DNA of 64,000 bases from Bacteroidales bacterium (GTDB taxonomy: Bacteria; Bacteroidota; Bacteroidia; Bacteroidales; UBA10428), in the NCBI GenBank assembly GCA_046481675.1, contig JAWOJJ010000130.1, positions 656 to 64,655 of the forward strand, in the 5' to 3' direction. The notes under the pieces are model-generated. The model did no database searches. It was given only the letters and a program-made list of their open reading frames with translations, and was not told the DNA's origin. The position numbers and the translations under genes were made by a program. This document shows positions 61,617-64,000 of the stretch, one piece after another. Positions within the stretch are counted from its first letter, which is position 1. Each line of letters begins with the position of its first letter.

Positions 61617-63062
61617 ATGGATTTATTCAGGACAAAACCCATCAGCCAATTGTTGGCTGAAGCCGGTGACAAGGAACATGGCTTGAAGAAAGCACTGGGT
61701 GGTACCAGCCTGGTTCTACTGGGCATTGGCGCCATCATCGGCACAGGAATATTTGTGCTTACCGGAACGGTGGCTGCCAATTATGCCGGCCCTGCACTTG
61801 TGCTTTCATTCCTCATTTCTGCCGTGGGTTGTGTTTTTGCCGGCCTTTGTTACGCCGAGTTCGCTTCCATGATACCCATATCGGGGAGTGCCTATACCTA
61901 TTCCTATGCCACACTGGGTGAGTTTGTTGCCTGGATTATTGGTTGGGACCTGATCCTGGAGTACCTGTTTGCCTCTTCCACAGTTGCCGTGGGATGGTCG
62001 GGTTACATGGTCAGCTTCCTGACCGATTATGGTATTCATATTCCGGCCGCATTGTGCAACGCTCCCATTGATCACATCAAGGGAGAGGGCTGGATATTAA
62101 CCGGAAGCATCATCAACTTTCCTGCCGTGTTTATCATTGCACTGCTTTCCACATTGCTGGTAATTGGTATCAAAGAATCAGCCGGTTTCAATAACGTCAT
62201 CGTGGTAATTAAAGTGATTGTAATCCTGCTTTTCATCGGATTCGGACTGTCTTATATCGACACATCCAACTGGACACCTTTTATTCCGCCAAATACCACA
62301 GGTGAATTTGGGAATTTTGGCATCACGGGCGTACTTCGGGGTGCGGCCGTCATTTTCTTTGCCTATATCGGATTTGATGCTGTGTCTACTGCCGCACAGG
62401 AAGCCAAAAATCCGCAGCGCGATATGCCCATTGGCATTCTGGGATCGCTACTGATATGCACCTTATTGTATGTTTTGGTTTCCGCAGTGTTAACAGGGAT
62501 TGAACATTACTCCAACCTGAACGTACCGGCCCCGCTGGCACTGGCAATAGACAAAACCGGGGAGGCCCTGAAATGGCTGCGACCATTGATTAAACTGGGT
62601 GCAATAGCCGGACTGAGTTCGGTAATCCTGGTAATGCTCATGGGTCAGCCTCGCATTTTCTTTACCATGGCCAATGACGGGTTGCTGCCTAAAAGCTTTT
62701 CCAAAGTACATCCCCGCTTCAGAACACCCTATGTTACCACCGTTGTTACCGGCATTGTGGCCTGTTTTATTGCGGGTTTACTGCCCATCCATATCCTGAG
62801 CGAATTGGTTTCAATTGGCACTTTGCTGGCTTTCACCATTGTCTGCATCAGTGTCATCATTCTGCGAAAGAAAAAACCCGACGTGGAAAGGCCGTTCAAA
62901 ACGCCCTGGGTTCCCTGGATTCCGCTTGCAGGAGCAGCTATATGCCTGTTGCAGATGTTCAGTCTTCCCTGGGAAACCTGGGAGCGGTTACTGATCTGGA
63001 TGGCTGCCGGCTTGCTGATTTATTTCCTGTACAGCCGGAAAAGGAGTAAACTGGCCAGGTAA
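61617..63062 (+). CDS. APC-superfamily amino acid permease (cationic amino acid transporter-like)
   Basis: 12-14 TM. GAIIGTGIFVLTG, FAYIGFDAVSTAAQEAKNPQRDMP, typical of the CAT/YfnA-like APC subfamily. Confidence 0.88.
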   Translation: MDLFRTKPISQLLAEAGDKEHGLKKALGGTSLVLLGIGAIIGTGIFVLTGTVAANYAGPALVLSFLISAVGCVFAGLCYAEFASMIPISGSAYTYSYATLGEFVAWIIGWDLILEYLFASSTVAVGWSGYMVSFLTDYGIHIPAALCNAPIDHIKGEGWILTGSIINFPAVFIIALLSTLLVIGIKESAGFNNVIVVIKVIVILLFIGFGLSYIDTSNWTPFIPPNTTGEFGNFGITGVLRGAAVIFFAYIGFDAVSTAAQEAKNPQRDMPIGILGSLLICTLLYVLVSAVLTGIEHYSNLNVPAPLALAIDKTGEALKWLRPLIKLGAIAGLSSVILVMLMGQPRIFFTMANDGLLPKSFSKVHPRFRTPYVTTVVTGIVACFIAGLLPIHILSELVSIGTLLAFTIVCISVIILRKKKPDVERPFKTPWVPWIPLAGAAICLLQMFSLPWETWERLLIWMAAGLLIYFLYSRKRSKLAR

Positions 63063-63093
63063 GCGATACATTCAGGATTTATCCATTAGTTGC

Positions 63094-64000
63094 ATGAAAA
63101 CGGCAGTAAACGTAATTACCCTGGGGTGCTCGAAAAATGTGGTTGATTCGGAATTCCTGCTCAGGCAAATCGAATCAAACAGGGTAAAGGTGTTTCATAA
63201 TGCTGAAGGTTATGATGCAAAAACCGTGATCATCAACACCTGCGGCTTCATCCAAGACGCCAAGCAGGAATCTATCGACACCATTCTCAGGTATATCAGG
63301 GCCAAGGAGGAAGGACTGATTCACCAGGTTTACGTGATGGGATGCCTTTCCGAAAGATACAAAAAGGAGCTGGAACAAGAAATACCTGATGTCGATAAAT
63401 ATTTCGGAGTAAATGACTTAGAGGTTATTATTGAACATATTGGTTTAAACTACAGGCGCGATCTCTTGGGTGAGCGCTTACTGACCACCCCCGGCCATTA
63501 TGCGTATTTGAAAATCTCCGAGGGATGCAACCGGAAATGTGCTTTTTGTGCCATTCCGTTGATTCGCGGTAAGCATGTTTCGCGCCCCATGGAGTTGTTG
63601 TTGCAGGAAGCCCGACTGCTTGCCCAAAAGGGGGTAAAAGAACTGATCCTGATTGCACAGGATCTTTCGTTTTACGGAAAAGACATTTACAGGAAGCAGG
63701 CTTTACCTGAACTGCTCCGCAAACTCTCGGATATCAAAGGTATTCAATGGATCAGGCTGCATTACGCCTACCCGGCCAACTTTCCGCGCGAGGTAATCCG
63801 GGTTATGAAAGAAAGAGACAACATTTGCAAATACCTGGATATTCCCTTCCAGCATGCCAGTGACGAGGTGCTGAAGCTGATGCGCAGGGGACATACCCAC
63901 AATAAAGACCTTGAGCTTATAGATTTTATCCGAAACGAAATACCGGAGATTACCCTCCGTACTACCTTTATAACAGGCCATCCGGGAGAAACAGTGCGAG
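63094..64000 (+). CDS. rimO: Ribosomal protein S12 methylthiotransferase RimO (radical SAM), 3' end beyond window
   Basis: Own translation: MKTAVNVITLGCSKNVVDSEFLL..INTCGFI (MTTase N-domain Cys triad), ISEGCNRKCAFCAIP (CxxxCxxC), ..FQHASDEVLKLMRRGHT. Open to the window edge and absent from the ORF track. Confidence 0.9.
   Translation, partial: MKTAVNVITLGCSKNVVDSEFLLRQIESNRVKVFHNAEGYDAKTVIINTCGFIQDAKQESIDTILRYIRAKEEGLIHQVYVMGCLSERYKKELEQEIPDVDKYFGVNDLEVIIEHIGLNYRRDLLGERLLTTPGHYAYLKISEGCNRKCAFCAIPLIRGKHVSRPMELLLQEARLLAQKGVKELILIAQDLSFYGKDIYRKQALPELLRKLSDIKGIQWIRLHYAYPANFPREVIRVMKERDNICKYLDIPFQHASDEVLKLMRRGHTHNKDLELIDFIRNEIPEITLRTTFITGHPGETVR

Overview
This is a chromosomal segment from a Bacteroidota-type genome. 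The signs are a T9SS C-terminal sorting domain on a secreted protease, the rpmB-rpmG-DUF4295-ftsY arrangement, ribosomal protein THX, an ECF-sigma/DUF4252 module, and TAnnTTTG-type -7 boxes ahead of the tRNA genes. I can support about 62 protein-coding genes. Three are missing from the supplied ORF track: edge-truncated genes at 1-947 and 63094-64000, and a 51-codon DUF4295 gene at 60277-60432. There are also four tRNAs (Lys-TTT, Lys-CTT, Thr-CGT, Gly-CCC), RNase P RNA, several intrinsic terminators and a few small repeat families. I saw no rRNA, CRISPR array, cas genes, intact IS element or prophage. Most of the content is housekeeping: translation and RNA modification (rlmN, queA, rimO, rluA-type, ABC-F, L28/L33, THX), envelope (kdsA, fabG, several small OM beta-barrels), a five-gene acyl-phosphate fermentation cluster (pta, hbd-like, ackA, ptb, buk), two two-component systems and (p)ppGpp metabolism. 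The best candidate for an undescribed system is the minus-strand operon at 1039-5915. It holds an AmmeMemoRadiSam set (a Memo-like/AMMECR1-like fusion plus the radical SAM partner) in which both proteins carry N-terminal export-type signals, interrupted by a 724-aa fused MFS/spermidine-synthase-like membrane protein. Other points worth a second look: (1) an AT-rich islet next to tRNA-Lys (about 12.7-16.5 kb) encoding only small membrane/OM proteins, with GC-richer structured repeats in its spacers. (2) A 121-bp palindromic module abutting tRNA-Lys. (3) A tandem partial duplication of the 3' part of tRNA-Gly. (4) AGANCCA heptamer arrays just after two SDR genes. (5) A THX protein with a long K/E/V/P-rich tail. 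All functional calls come from reading motifs by eye. No database search was run.
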